Assembly: GCA_036630325.1 (NCBI GenBank)
Contig: CP142731.1
Location: 496,001-560,000 of the forward strand
Length of the DNA: 64,000 nt
Direction of reading: 5' to 3'
Origin: Vairimorpha necatrix
Lineage: Eukaryota
The notes beneath the pieces are model-generated. The model worked only from the letters and a program-made list of their open reading frames with translations, had not been told where the DNA came from and did not search any database. Of this stretch, positions 1-10,198 are shown one piece after another (within the stretch, counting starts at the first letter, position 1; the number at the start of each line of letters is the position of its first letter). The position numbers and the translations under genes are program-made.

Positions 1-118
1 AAACATCATCACATTAATCATTTAGTTTACAATATTTTCTCAAACTAAATGTCATTCATTTGTTTGTTTGTTTACAAACAATTAAATATTTAAAAATAGC
101 CCCTCACCAAAAAAAAGG

Positions 119-3100
119 ATGATGAACCATAAAAATAATAAATCTCAATATAGTAAAAATAACATGTACAAACAACAATTAAATAATCTCATTGAGACGT
201 ACCTCCGCTTGGGGTACGTCAAGTTGAATTCAACGAGTGAAATCCCAAGCAAGGTGAAACTGTCGAAATACCAAGGGAAGCAGGCAGAAAAACTAAAAGG
301 AAAATATATTACATTTGAAACCAAAATAGAAGGTTTAGAACAAAGGTTCACTACAGACATCTATTACATTGAAGATATACGGTCAATAGATATTATAGAA
401 TGGTTAAAAGAGATCGAGAAAATCTCAGAAGAAAACCAATGGAATTCTAAACAGCTCATGATGGTAATTAGGAAAATGAGTAAAGACTCATTGATCGAGC
501 AAGAGAGGATAGTGGAAGATTTTTTCTCCACACGCGATTATCTGATCGGTCTTAGATTTCCGATAGAACATAGCAGAAGCATATTAACAGAACTAGCTTC
601 TATCAAACAGTTAAGCTATGAAACCATACAAGAATACGTTCAAGAAATTAAGGAACTTGTTAACATTTATGCTGTAATTAATAAACTTTCAAAAACAGAG
701 TTCAATAGGCGAGTAGAAGAGACTTTTTACAATGGACTTGGTCCATATACAGATGGAGAGCTTTTCAAGCATGAATTTAAAGACTATAAAGATGCAATTA
801 GATTTCTTTACACGTTAGAAAAGAAAATAGTATCTAAACAAGTAATACTAGAGAAGAAAGTTTTAGATCCTATAAGGAAAGAACCCTATAAAGGGACTTT
901 AGAGGTAGTAAGCAATAACAAGTGGTGCAAATACCACAAGAAGAATGATCACGATTCAAAGGATTGCGAGACTTACCAGAAATTTATAAACGAAAAAATT
1001 AAGAATAGGGATGAAAAACAGAAAGGAGAGACTAGGAACTTGATTATTAGCGAGAAAGGAATAAATACTAAAACACCCGAACTACAAGGGGTAATTAAAA
1101 AATACCAAACGTCATTTTTTATGGACTCGGGAGCTTCAAGGAACTTCATAAAAAGAGAAGTTGCCCTTAAGCTAAAAATACCTATCGTCGAGGATTCTCC
1201 AATAACTATAAAATACGGAAATGATGACATGGAAGAGTGTACTGAGACAGTTAATGAGGAAATTAAAATAATAGGAGCTAAGTCAAGCCACGTAGTTAAA
1301 TTTTACTTACTGAATAACTTACCAGTCGAATTTGTATTAGGAAACGAATTTCTTAGTAGTAACGAAGTAATAATGAATTATAAGAATCAGACTATAATAA
1401 TCAACGGTGATGTGATCAGTACAAAGAACCAAGAAGACAGTGAATCAGACATCGAAGATTTAGATAAAATTTTAATTGAAAGCCTGTGTCTGTCTTTAGA
1501 AAATCTCAATAACGACGAATTAAAACGTTTCATTTATTCATATGTAAAAACCAATTCTTCTTATAAACAAATAAAAATAGCACCGATAGAAATAAGGATG
1601 AGACAAGACATTAAAACACCTAAACCAAAATTCTACAGTGTTCCACATAAACATACAGTCGGAGCTAAACGAGAACTACAAAGGTTACTAGAAAATGATA
1701 TAATCGAACTCTCAGATTCGCCATATGCCAGCCCGGCATTTTTAATAGAAAAAAAGAATAAAGATTTGAGACTGGTGGTCGATTATAGAGAAATAAACGA
1801 ATATGTCATAGATGAGGTTGCGGCAATACCCAATATAACAGAAAATATTATGCAAATGGGAAGCGCTAAATGGTATACAAAAATCGATCTGAAGAACGGT
1901 TTCAACCAACTATACATAAAACCCGAAAGTCGGAAATTTACGGCGTTTACATTATTGGGAAGACAATACCAATACAAAAGGGTCCCATTTGGAATTCGTT
2001 CAGGACCTAAAATTTTTCAAAAAACAATCATCAAAATACTAGAAGACATAGATAATATATTTGTTTACATTGATGATATAATAGCCTTTTCACCAGACCT
2101 TGAAAGTCATATAAAAACCGTGTCAAAAATTTTAAGAAGACTCAAAAGTTATGAAGTAGCAATAAATTTTGAAAAAAGCGAGTTTTTTACTAATAATACC
2201 ACGATACTAGGAAACGTGATTTGTGAAAATACTATGAAACCAGAACTAACGAGCATTCAGAAATTGTTAGCACTCAGAAACCCTAAATCAAAAAAGGAGC
2301 TGCAAAGAATAATTGGCATAATGAACTGGTACAGACCTTATGTTTCTAACTTGAGTGATAAAATTGCAAACATTACAGAACTGCTTAAGAACACAAATAC
2401 AGGAATACTTTGGACTGACAAACACAAAGATATAGTAGCGCAAATCGCAGTTGATATTAGTAAAGCGGCACTTAAGTTACTAGACTACACGAAGAAATTT
2501 GTTATACAGTGCGACGCTTCAAATAATGGCATAGGAGGTGTACTCTTTCAAGAAGGAGGAATACTTGGATACTACAGCAAAAAGCTAAACAGTACCGAAA
2601 AGAACTATTCAATAGTCGAAAAGGAATTATTTGCTATTATTAAGACGTTAAATCATTTCAGAAATATCATATTAGGTTACTATGTAGAGGTGTCTACTGA
2701 TAATAAAAACTGTTTACTACCGAACAAGCAAATATCTAGCAGGATTGAAAGGTGGAAGTTAGTATTGAACCAGTTCAATATCAAAATAACGTCCATATCT
2801 GGCACAGAGAACGCAATAGCTGACAGCTTATCTAGAAATTTGATATTAACGACAAGTCAAGAAGTTATAGACAAAACGAGATACTTAAATGAACTTAATC
2901 AGTTCGTTATGAAAACAAAAGAAACCCCCAATGTTTGGGCTAAAGACAAGAAAAACAGAATAATAATAGATAATGATCAGTCAAGGAATTTTTTGGATTA
3001 TATGCATCGAAGAACTATACACGTTGGATCTACAATTCTTTACAATAATATTAAGCATATATTCAAAGTTACAGGTGTAAAAAAGTTAATTAAAGAAATT

Positions 3101-3928
3101 ACAAGTAACTGTATCAATTGCATCAGAACGAAAAATAATAAGAAAAAAAACCGATCTTATAATAGTATTGTAGCCTCTGCGCCATTCGAAAAGATATCGA
3201 GTGACATCTATGGACCATTTAGTCTAGAGAACTACATACATAACGGTACATGTCATAAGGGATATTATATCACTATTATAGACGTATATACGAGAACGCT
3301 AAGAGTATACTTTGCATATAAGGTTACAGCGGAGCGTATAATTACATGTATTAAAGACTGGATAGAAGTTTATGGAAGGCCTAAGACCTTTATATCTGAT
3401 AATGGAACTCAATATGATTCAGAGAAGTTAATTAAATATTGTGCAGAGCACGAAATACAAAAGATAGCAACTCCTATATATCACCCAAGTAGTAATGGTA
3501 TCAGTGAGAGGCTGAACCAAACAATCACGCAATGCCTCAGGTTATATAAAGGCAGAAATCTGAAATCAGTATCAGAAGGAATCCACATAAGACATAACCA
3601 CAACTATAATACTGCACTTAAAGTATCTCCAACTACCTTTTTAATAGGACACAGTCCATATGATCCTTTCGGGATTAAAAGTGATAAATTACAAACTAGC
3701 TGTAGAGAAAATACCGAGAAGTCGGGCGGAAATAGGAAGTCCCCAGTTTTCAAAATAGGTCAACAAGTTTTCGTGAGAAACTTTAAAGCAAAGAAATTAG
3801 ATGATCAATATTTAGGACCGGTGACAGTAACTAACGCAGGAAAGAAAGGAAAGTGGTATAAGTTAGAGGGATTTGAAAATGAAATACATGAAGATGACAT
3901 CAAATTCGGCGGAGTGGGCAGGATGTGA
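119..3928 (+). CDS. Intact Gag-Pol polyprotein (Gag, protease, RT, RNase H, integrase)
   Basis: CKYHKKNDHDSKDC knuckle, DSGA protease, YIDD RT, DAS RNase H, SDNG...NGISERLN integrase; RT-RH-IN order. Confidence 0.95.
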   Translation: MMNHKNNKSQYSKNNMYKQQLNNLIETYLRLGYVKLNSTSEIPSKVKLSKYQGKQAEKLKGKYITFETKIEGLEQRFTTDIYYIEDIRSIDIIEWLKEIEKISEENQWNSKQLMMVIRKMSKDSLIEQERIVEDFFSTRDYLIGLRFPIEHSRSILTELASIKQLSYETIQEYVQEIKELVNIYAVINKLSKTEFNRRVEETFYNGLGPYTDGELFKHEFKDYKDAIRFLYTLEKKIVSKQVILEKKVLDPIRKEPYKGTLEVVSNNKWCKYHKKNDHDSKDCETYQKFINEKIKNRDEKQKGETRNLIISEKGINTKTPELQGVIKKYQTSFFMDSGASRNFIKREVALKLKIPIVEDSPITIKYGNDDMEECTETVNEEIKIIGAKSSHVVKFYLLNNLPVEFVLGNEFLSSNEVIMNYKNQTIIINGDVISTKNQEDSESDIEDLDKILIESLCLSLENLNNDELKRFIYSYVKTNSSYKQIKIAPIEIRMRQDIKTPKPKFYSVPHKHTVGAKRELQRLLENDIIELSDSPYASPAFLIEKKNKDLRLVVDYREINEYVIDEVAAIPNITENIMQMGSAKWYTKIDLKNGFNQLYIKPESRKFTAFTLLGRQYQYKRVPFGIRSGPKIFQKTIIKILEDIDNIFVYIDDIIAFSPDLESHIKTVSKILRRLKSYEVAINFEKSEFFTNNTTILGNVICENTMKPELTSIQKLLALRNPKSKKELQRIIGIMNWYRPYVSNLSDKIANITELLKNTNTGILWTDKHKDIVAQIAVDISKAALKLLDYTKKFVIQCDASNNGIGGVLFQEGGILGYYSKKLNSTEKNYSIVEKELFAIIKTLNHFRNIILGYYVEVSTDNKNCLLPNKQISSRIERWKLVLNQFNIKITSISGTENAIADSLSRNLILTTSQEVIDKTRYLNELNQFVMKTKETPNVWAKDKKNRIIIDNDQSRNFLDYMHRRTIHVGSTILYNNIKHIFKVTGVKKLIKEITSNCINCIRTKNNKKKNRSYNSIVASAPFEKISSDIYGPFSLENYIHNGTCHKGYYITIIDVYTRTLRVYFAYKVTAERIITCIKDWIEVYGRPKTFISDNGTQYDSEKLIKYCAEHEIQKIATPIYHPSSNGISERLNQTITQCLRLYKGRNLKSVSEGIHIRHNHNYNTALKVSPTTFLIGHSPYDPFGIKSDKLQTSCRENTEKSGGNRKSPVFKIGQQVFVRNFKAKKLDDQYLGPVTVTNAGKKGKWYKLEGFENEIHEDDIKFGGVGRM

Positions 3929-4044
3929 TGACTTTTATTAATGAATGTGAAACATCATCACATTAATCATTTAGTTTACAATATTTTCTCAAACTAAATG
4001 TCATTCATTTGTTTGTTTGTTTACAAACAATTAAATATTTAAAA

Positions 4045-7000
4045 CTAGCGTATGCACACCCGTTCTGAGAACGGGTTGTTTGTGTTTGAAAGGGTACATG
4101 TTTTAATTTTATCACATTATGTTTATTCTTTAAAAAAATGGCATAGTTTCTGTACGCTCACGGCGCATTTTACCATCTTTTATCTTTTTTTTGTTGAAAA
4201 AAAATGGCATAGTCCTTATACGCTCACGGCGCATTTCTTCATCTCTTGGCTCTTATGAGCCAATTAGTTCATGTAGAACTACATTCTTGGTTTCGCCCCT
4301 GTTTGTCCCCAACTTGATCCTCAAGTTTTCGCTCTTCTTCACTCTTGACAAAGCTACGTATAATTGACCATGAGAAAATACATCCTCAGGCAAATACACT
4401 CCCACTTTGTCAAAAGACAGTCCCTGTGCTTTATGTATTGTCATCGCATATGACAATACCACAGGAAACTGTCTTCTTTTAAGTACAAACGGAAGAAGAG
4501 TGTCAATTGGCATCATGTCTATCTTTGGTATAACAGCAAGGGTGCCCCTTCCCCTTCCTGTTATTATTTCACCTAAGATGTAATTATCTTTAAGACCTTT
4601 TATCTTCAATCTGGTCCCATTTAATAATCCATTCTTAGGATCAATATTGCGTAACAACATCACTATTGCCCCTATCTTCAGTACTAACTTATGTGGAGGT
4701 AGTCCTGATGGCTGTTGCATGTTCAAGAACCCAAGAGGAAATCTCAGTTGTTCTTCGATATCCTCTGATTCTATAGCATCAGAACTCACATATACCCTAG
4801 AAGATCCATTAAGTAGGTTTAACACTTTGGCATTCAATTCATTTGCATGTTCATTTTTGCTCGTTAAGATAATCTTATCAAACAAAGAATCATCACCTGC
4901 TTCAATTTTGATCGTTCCAAAAATGCTATCGACTATGTCTCCTTCTTCAAGATATTCTTTGGGTATCTCCACACATCCTTTACTATCTCTAGTACGCCCC
5001 TCACCTATATCTAACAACCACTTATTAAACTTCAATTGATTATAAGATCTCATATTTGTTTCAAGCTTAAGTACACAGACGTGTGCCCAAAGTCTTGAAC
5101 TAATTAATGAGTTCTCGATGATATCATTTGGAGTACCCTTCATTACAATGGTTGATGTCTGTCTAAAGTCACCACCCAACAATAGAGTTTTCCCTCCAAA
5201 GATATCATCATTGTTACAGAGTCTTTTAAGCACCTCATCTATTGCGTTCAATGCATGTTTTGACATCATCGAAACTTCATCTATTAGCAATAAAGAGGCC
5301 TTTATTATTCTCTCTGCTTCTGGAGTATTTTGCTTTAGTCTAGATACGCTGGTCTCTGTCGAAGGAACAGGAAGTTTCATACAACTATGCATTGTTCTTC
5401 CATCCTTTAATAAATCTGCAGCAATACCTGTGGTTGCCATCTGTATTGAAGATTTTTTATTCTTGTTTAAATACTCGATAAGGACATTATATAGATATGT
5501 CTTCCCCGATCCTGCTGGTCCATCTAAAAAGAATAAATTTCCCCTTTTATCTATATTATCTGTTATTAAATTAAAAGCTTCTTTCTGTTTTGCATTTAGA
5601 GAGGAGATCATCTGATCTAGATCTTTTTTATTATCAGAGATGGTTTTTGCCTTCTCGATGTAGTTAATAGGCTCATCTAAACCCAGAGCATTTAGACTCC
5701 ATCCATGAGCATTAATTATATCTTTTAATCTACTAATAACTTCGTCTCTACTATTCTGATCTAGATCTTCAGACATATCTCCAAGATACTTATCAAAGAG
5801 TTCTTTGGTATTTTTTGGCTTATTAAAAGCACAAATATATCCAAACAATACTCTTATTATTGCTGGGGATTCAGTTGCTACTGCCTCATCCAAAGCCCTT
5901 TCCCATTCTTTGTCATCTTGAAGAAGTCCTCTTTCTTCAACCGCTTCTGCAAAAGAACTATAAACTATACCATTTACAGTTCTCAAATCATCATATGATC
6001 TAGCCCCTTTTACATTGATCAATAGGACTCTGAGGCTAAATCTTTCCTTCTCTGTAGGAGATACAGAATAAAGTCTAGTAATTATCTTACTGTACTTATT
6101 CTTTCTCCTTATCCATTCCCCTTTTTTATATGTATAGTGATAGGGTATCTCACTATACGAAAACTGATGTGCTCCTTCATCAACTTCATTCAACTTGAAG
6201 TAGGCTAAAAGAGGAGTCTGTCTAAGATCAGATAATCTAACAGCTTCCTCTTCTCTGCCTTCTTCGAAAGTGATCAATTGTTCTTGTGGAAGATGCACAG
6301 GAAGTCTATGGATCTTATGAGATCTCCCATGCATCTTGTATTCCATTAATCTCCAGGTAGCCTCTGGTGCTGAGACATATCTGGAATTCACAAAATGATC
6401 AATTTCATTGTTGTCTGTTATTCTCATTTCAGCACAATCAAATCCCTTGTAAATATACTTGAAAATATACTTAACTGACTTAATAGAAGTACAAACTTCT
6501 ACATTGATATGACAGTTGTATTTTTCAAGCAAATAAGCATTATAGGGGACCACGTTAGCATTAGTAACAATGTAGCCCTTTACACTGTACTCAGTCCCTC
6601 TTATTCTTCGGTACTCAGGATATCCGTCATTATTAATCTTTGTTCCAGTATTATGTTCCTTAGGATATTCCTTAGTGCAGACACCATTTTCCATACATGG
6701 ACTTGTCAAGTTATTAAGTCCACATGGGCCATGAATCATATGTTTTGTTACACAGTTGTGTAACATCTCATTTTCCATAGGCGATGGTATCTCTGCACTT
6801 ACATACTTATCTATAACACTTACATCCCGAATCTTGTCCTTCAACATTATCAATATGTGAGCATGAGGAAGTCCACGTTTTTGGAACTCAATAGAATAGA
6901 CATGAGCTACGACTTCCCCAAATACTCTCCCCGACAAAATCTCCTCCATCATTTTTTTTAATTTTATGTTGAAGACCTTTGCTACCAAATCTGGTCTATC

Positions 7001-9153
7001 AACTGCTGTTTGTCCTTCAAAAAGATTTTCCTTGATCTCCTTCCAGTTTGGATTGCAAGTCATAGTAATAAAAAGATCGGGCTTGCCGAAACTTCTTACA
7101 ATTGACATTGCATCATGATATCGCTCTCTCATATTTCTCGGAGATCCTTGGAAACTTGATGGTAAGATAACGGGCTTGGCAGAACTTTCTGATCCATTAT
7201 TTACATAATCTACTAAGCCTTTGTAAAGATCTACCCTCAACTTCTTCTGATTTAACTTTATAAAGTTTAAGTTATTTGCTTCGACTTGTAGATATGAATC
7301 TACAATCCATTGTTGAAATAACTTTCCTTCATAAAGTAAAGGATTGAACTTATCCTTTCTTACAGATATTTGAGCTACTTTATATTGTAGCAGACTTATC
7401 TTCTGTGCCTCTCCAAGATAAGACTCCAACCTCAAATTTGCATTCCATCCAGCTTCGCCATGTGGATAGAACAAAGTATATGCCATTGGATCTAAATGTG
7501 GACTTAAAATATCCAAATGTAAATTATCTGAATTAAGCCCCTTGCTATATACTTTAATGTCCCTTTCAAATGGGGGTTCTCCATTTGGATCAGTGAAAAT
7601 CATTGCGATTTCACTTGTAGAGGGAGCATTATACCTTCTCTGATCTCTTTCTAAATTCTTATTAAAGACCATAGAAATGTCTTTAACTTCCTTTCCCAAC
7701 TCCTTTTGCTCCTTTATTACTTCAGACATATTTTTATATGCATCGGAATATGGGTTTGCTGATCTTATGAATCCATCTAATTTGCTCATGATATTAATAT
7801 CACAGTTTCTGTTAGATAGATTCATCATTCTTTGAGCATTGGCCATATCACTATCTACTACATATAGTTGAGAATATTTCTTTGGTGCATTAGAGTCCAT
7901 ATTATTTACATTATAAGTGTTATGATACACTTGTCCATGTATTTTGAATACATATGGTCCATTGGATACAGTTTCTATTTGAGCACCAAGAGAAGCAAAA
8001 GAAAGAGCAGCATTGTAGGATCTAATATTTTCTCTGAAGTTTTTTGCATCTTTATCTTTTCCAATGAATAAATTCTTAATGTCATCTGGAAAGTCTCTTG
8101 TTATTTGTAATTTGACTTTCCCAAAATGACAGCAGCTTTTGTATAATCCATTGCTGCTTGCTTCTCCAGCAAAATGTAATGCACCACAAAAGCCACATTC
8201 TTCTTTCAAATCTCCACAATAATGTTCAGCATGGTTTCTGCTTGTGATTCTACATGCTACATCTAATCTTTCCGTAAGAGCTTCTATTATTCTGTTATCT
8301 TTTAAGTCATCTAATTCTTCTTTGTTGTTTATTGGATTGCTTGGTGTTTTGTTGTCGCTAGAGAAACTGAATATCGAATTCCTTTTTTTTGTTTCTCCAG
8401 CATTTGTTTTTTTATTTTTTTGATTATATACAGAGGTGTTGGCCTCATAGAAAATAACATTGTTATTTTCTGTATTACTACATATCTCCTGAGAGATAGT
8501 AACAGTTGCTTTGGGTTGTTTATTAAAATCGTTGTTTGCTTGATTTTTCATAAACATAATGAGGGGTGGAGAAAAAAATTTTATTTATAGTTTTTAAAAT
8601 TCCATTGGGGAAGAAGAAAACAAAAATGAGAATATAATTTGATAAATAGAATTGATATTAGTGTGAATCTTATTTAATTGAGTTTGTTAGTCAGTTGATA
8701 AATTCCTACTGTTTGTAAATCATCTTTCCAATGTTTGTTTCTTGTTTTGATTTTCCATTTCTGGTAAGAATTAAAAAGGAGCAAATGTGATTTTTAGAAG
8801 TTAAGTATATTATTGAACCGACATTGCAGTTTTAGAGTTAATTCAGAAACAAATATAAATTCAATTGAGTTAATTTCACACATTAGCAACCAATTTTTTC
8901 TACATTTTGTTTCATATTGTTTTTGTTTTCTTTTTCTAAAAGGAAGAAATTAAAAAGGAGAAAATCATATTTCTAAGCATTTCGAAAATGATTTATAAAT
9001 CATGTGTAAAGAATGGAAGTGGGTTAAAATTGTGTATAAAATACAATTTAAGTATTCAAAATCATTTTTGAATCAAAATTTGCAATTTTATTTTTTTACC
9101 ATTTTTTATATTTTAGGGGTAAAAAATTAAATAAAATTCTTTTATATATATGA
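4045..9153 (-). mobile_element. Autonomous Helitron 1
   Basis: Minus strand starts TC (9153) and ends CTAG (4045); subterminal hairpin acccgttc-tga-gaacgggt 4058-4076; RepHel ORF. Confidence 0.95.
4253..8557 (-). CDS. Helitron Rep/Pif1-helicase, 1434 aa
   Basis: EFQKRGLPHAHIL HUH motif, YIFKYIYKG, GPAGSGKT, LLIDEVSM, GGDFRQ, HGQLYVALSRV; N-terminal Cys cluster. Confidence 0.96.
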   Translation of the reverse strand: MFMKNQANNDFNKQPKATVTISQEICSNTENNNVIFYEANTSVYNQKNKKTNAGETKKRNSIFSFSSDNKTPSNPINNKEELDDLKDNRIIEALTERLDVACRITSRNHAEHYCGDLKEECGFCGALHFAGEASSNGLYKSCCHFGKVKLQITRDFPDDIKNLFIGKDKDAKNFRENIRSYNAALSFASLGAQIETVSNGPYVFKIHGQVYHNTYNVNNMDSNAPKKYSQLYVVDSDMANAQRMMNLSNRNCDINIMSKLDGFIRSANPYSDAYKNMSEVIKEQKELGKEVKDISMVFNKNLERDQRRYNAPSTSEIAMIFTDPNGEPPFERDIKVYSKGLNSDNLHLDILSPHLDPMAYTLFYPHGEAGWNANLRLESYLGEAQKISLLQYKVAQISVRKDKFNPLLYEGKLFQQWIVDSYLQVEANNLNFIKLNQKKLRVDLYKGLVDYVNNGSESSAKPVILPSSFQGSPRNMRERYHDAMSIVRSFGKPDLFITMTCNPNWKEIKENLFEGQTAVDRPDLVAKVFNIKLKKMMEEILSGRVFGEVVAHVYSIEFQKRGLPHAHILIMLKDKIRDVSVIDKYVSAEIPSPMENEMLHNCVTKHMIHGPCGLNNLTSPCMENGVCTKEYPKEHNTGTKINNDGYPEYRRIRGTEYSVKGYIVTNANVVPYNAYLLEKYNCHINVEVCTSIKSVKYIFKYIYKGFDCAEMRITDNNEIDHFVNSRYVSAPEATWRLMEYKMHGRSHKIHRLPVHLPQEQLITFEEGREEEAVRLSDLRQTPLLAYFKLNEVDEGAHQFSYSEIPYHYTYKKGEWIRRKNKYSKIITRLYSVSPTEKERFSLRVLLINVKGARSYDDLRTVNGIVYSSFAEAVEERGLLQDDKEWERALDEAVATESPAIIRVLFGYICAFNKPKNTKELFDKYLGDMSEDLDQNSRDEVISRLKDIINAHGWSLNALGLDEPINYIEKAKTISDNKKDLDQMISSLNAKQKEAFNLITDNIDKRGNLFFLDGPAGSGKTYLYNVLIEYLNKNKKSSIQMATTGIAADLLKDGRTMHSCMKLPVPSTETSVSRLKQNTPEAERIIKASLLLIDEVSMMSKHALNAIDEVLKRLCNNDDIFGGKTLLLGGDFRQTSTIVMKGTPNDIIENSLISSRLWAHVCVLKLETNMRSYNQLKFNKWLLDIGEGRTRDSKGCVEIPKEYLEEGDIVDSIFGTIKIEAGDDSLFDKIILTSKNEHANELNAKVLNLLNGSSRVYVSSDAIESEDIEEQLRFPLGFLNMQQPSGLPPHKLVLKIGAIVMLLRNIDPKNGLLNGTRLKIKGLKDNYILGEIITGRGRGTLAVIPKIDMMPIDTLLPFVLKRRQFPVVLSYAMTIHKAQGLSFDKVGVYLPEDVFSHGQLYVALSRVKKSENLRIKLGTNRGETKNVVLHELIGS

Positions 9154-10198
9154 CTAGCGTATGCTTTCCCGTTTTGGAAAACGGGATTATTATGTTTTGT
9201 TTATGGTATGTACCTCCTTTAATTTTTTTTGAAGTTTCCATATTTGGTTTGAAAAGAAAGGGGAAATGCAATTTTCAACAACATTAAAATTATTTCCAAT
9301 GCAAAACTTGAATACAGAATTCAAATCAAATTATTCTATAAAATTCAATTTGATAACTTTATTATGTTTTTACGTTCAAAATTTGACACTTATCATTCGA
9401 AATCCGAAATGGTTAATTGTTTTATGAATTTTTGTGGAAGGGTTAAATAAATTCTAAAAAACGATTCTGACGATATTTTGGAACTGAGTTTTACAAAAAA
9501 TTTATAAAAAACAAAAAAGTATTAACATATAGTATACGCATCTACAATTATCAAATTGAAACATTAAATCTAAAAAAACTATTTTTATAACTTAATAAGA
9601 TCAAAATACATAGTTTAGAAATTTTAAAACCACAAAAAAGAGGGGTAAAAAATTAAATAAAATTCTTTTATATATATGACTAGCGTATGCTTTCCCGTTT
9701 TGAAAACGGGATTTACATGTTTAGTTTTATAATATGTTCCTCCTCGGTAAATTTTGGTAAGTTTCCATTTTGGGATGTTTGAATTTGACAGGGCGAAGAC
9801 ATGTTTATTAAAAATACTTTTTAGTGACATAGAAGGAGTAAAGTTGAGTTAAAAACACTTATGAGTCTCATTGAAATAATTCTGGGATTTTTAAGCTCAA
9901 TTTTTTTTCTTATTTTTAACCTTTTCTTTAATTAATATTATTGTGAATTTTTTCTAGAAGGGTTAAATAAATTCTAAAAAACGATTCTGACGATATTTTG
10001 GAACTGAGTTTTTTAAAAATAATAAATAGAATAAAAATGCATTAATATATAGTATACGCACTTACAATTATCAAATTTAAGCATTGAGTTTAAATTTGAT
10101 ATTATAATAACATAATAAGCTATAATGAGAAGTTTAGATTTTACAAAATCACAAAAAAGAGGGGTAAAAAATTAAATAAAATTCTTTTATATATATGA
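9154..10198 (-). mobile_element. Two non-autonomous ~520-bp Helitron units (9154-9679, 9680-10198)
   Basis: Each has the TCATATATATAAAAG 5' end, a cccgtttt..aaaacggg hairpin and a CTAG 3' end; fused CTAG|TC. Confidence 0.92.
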
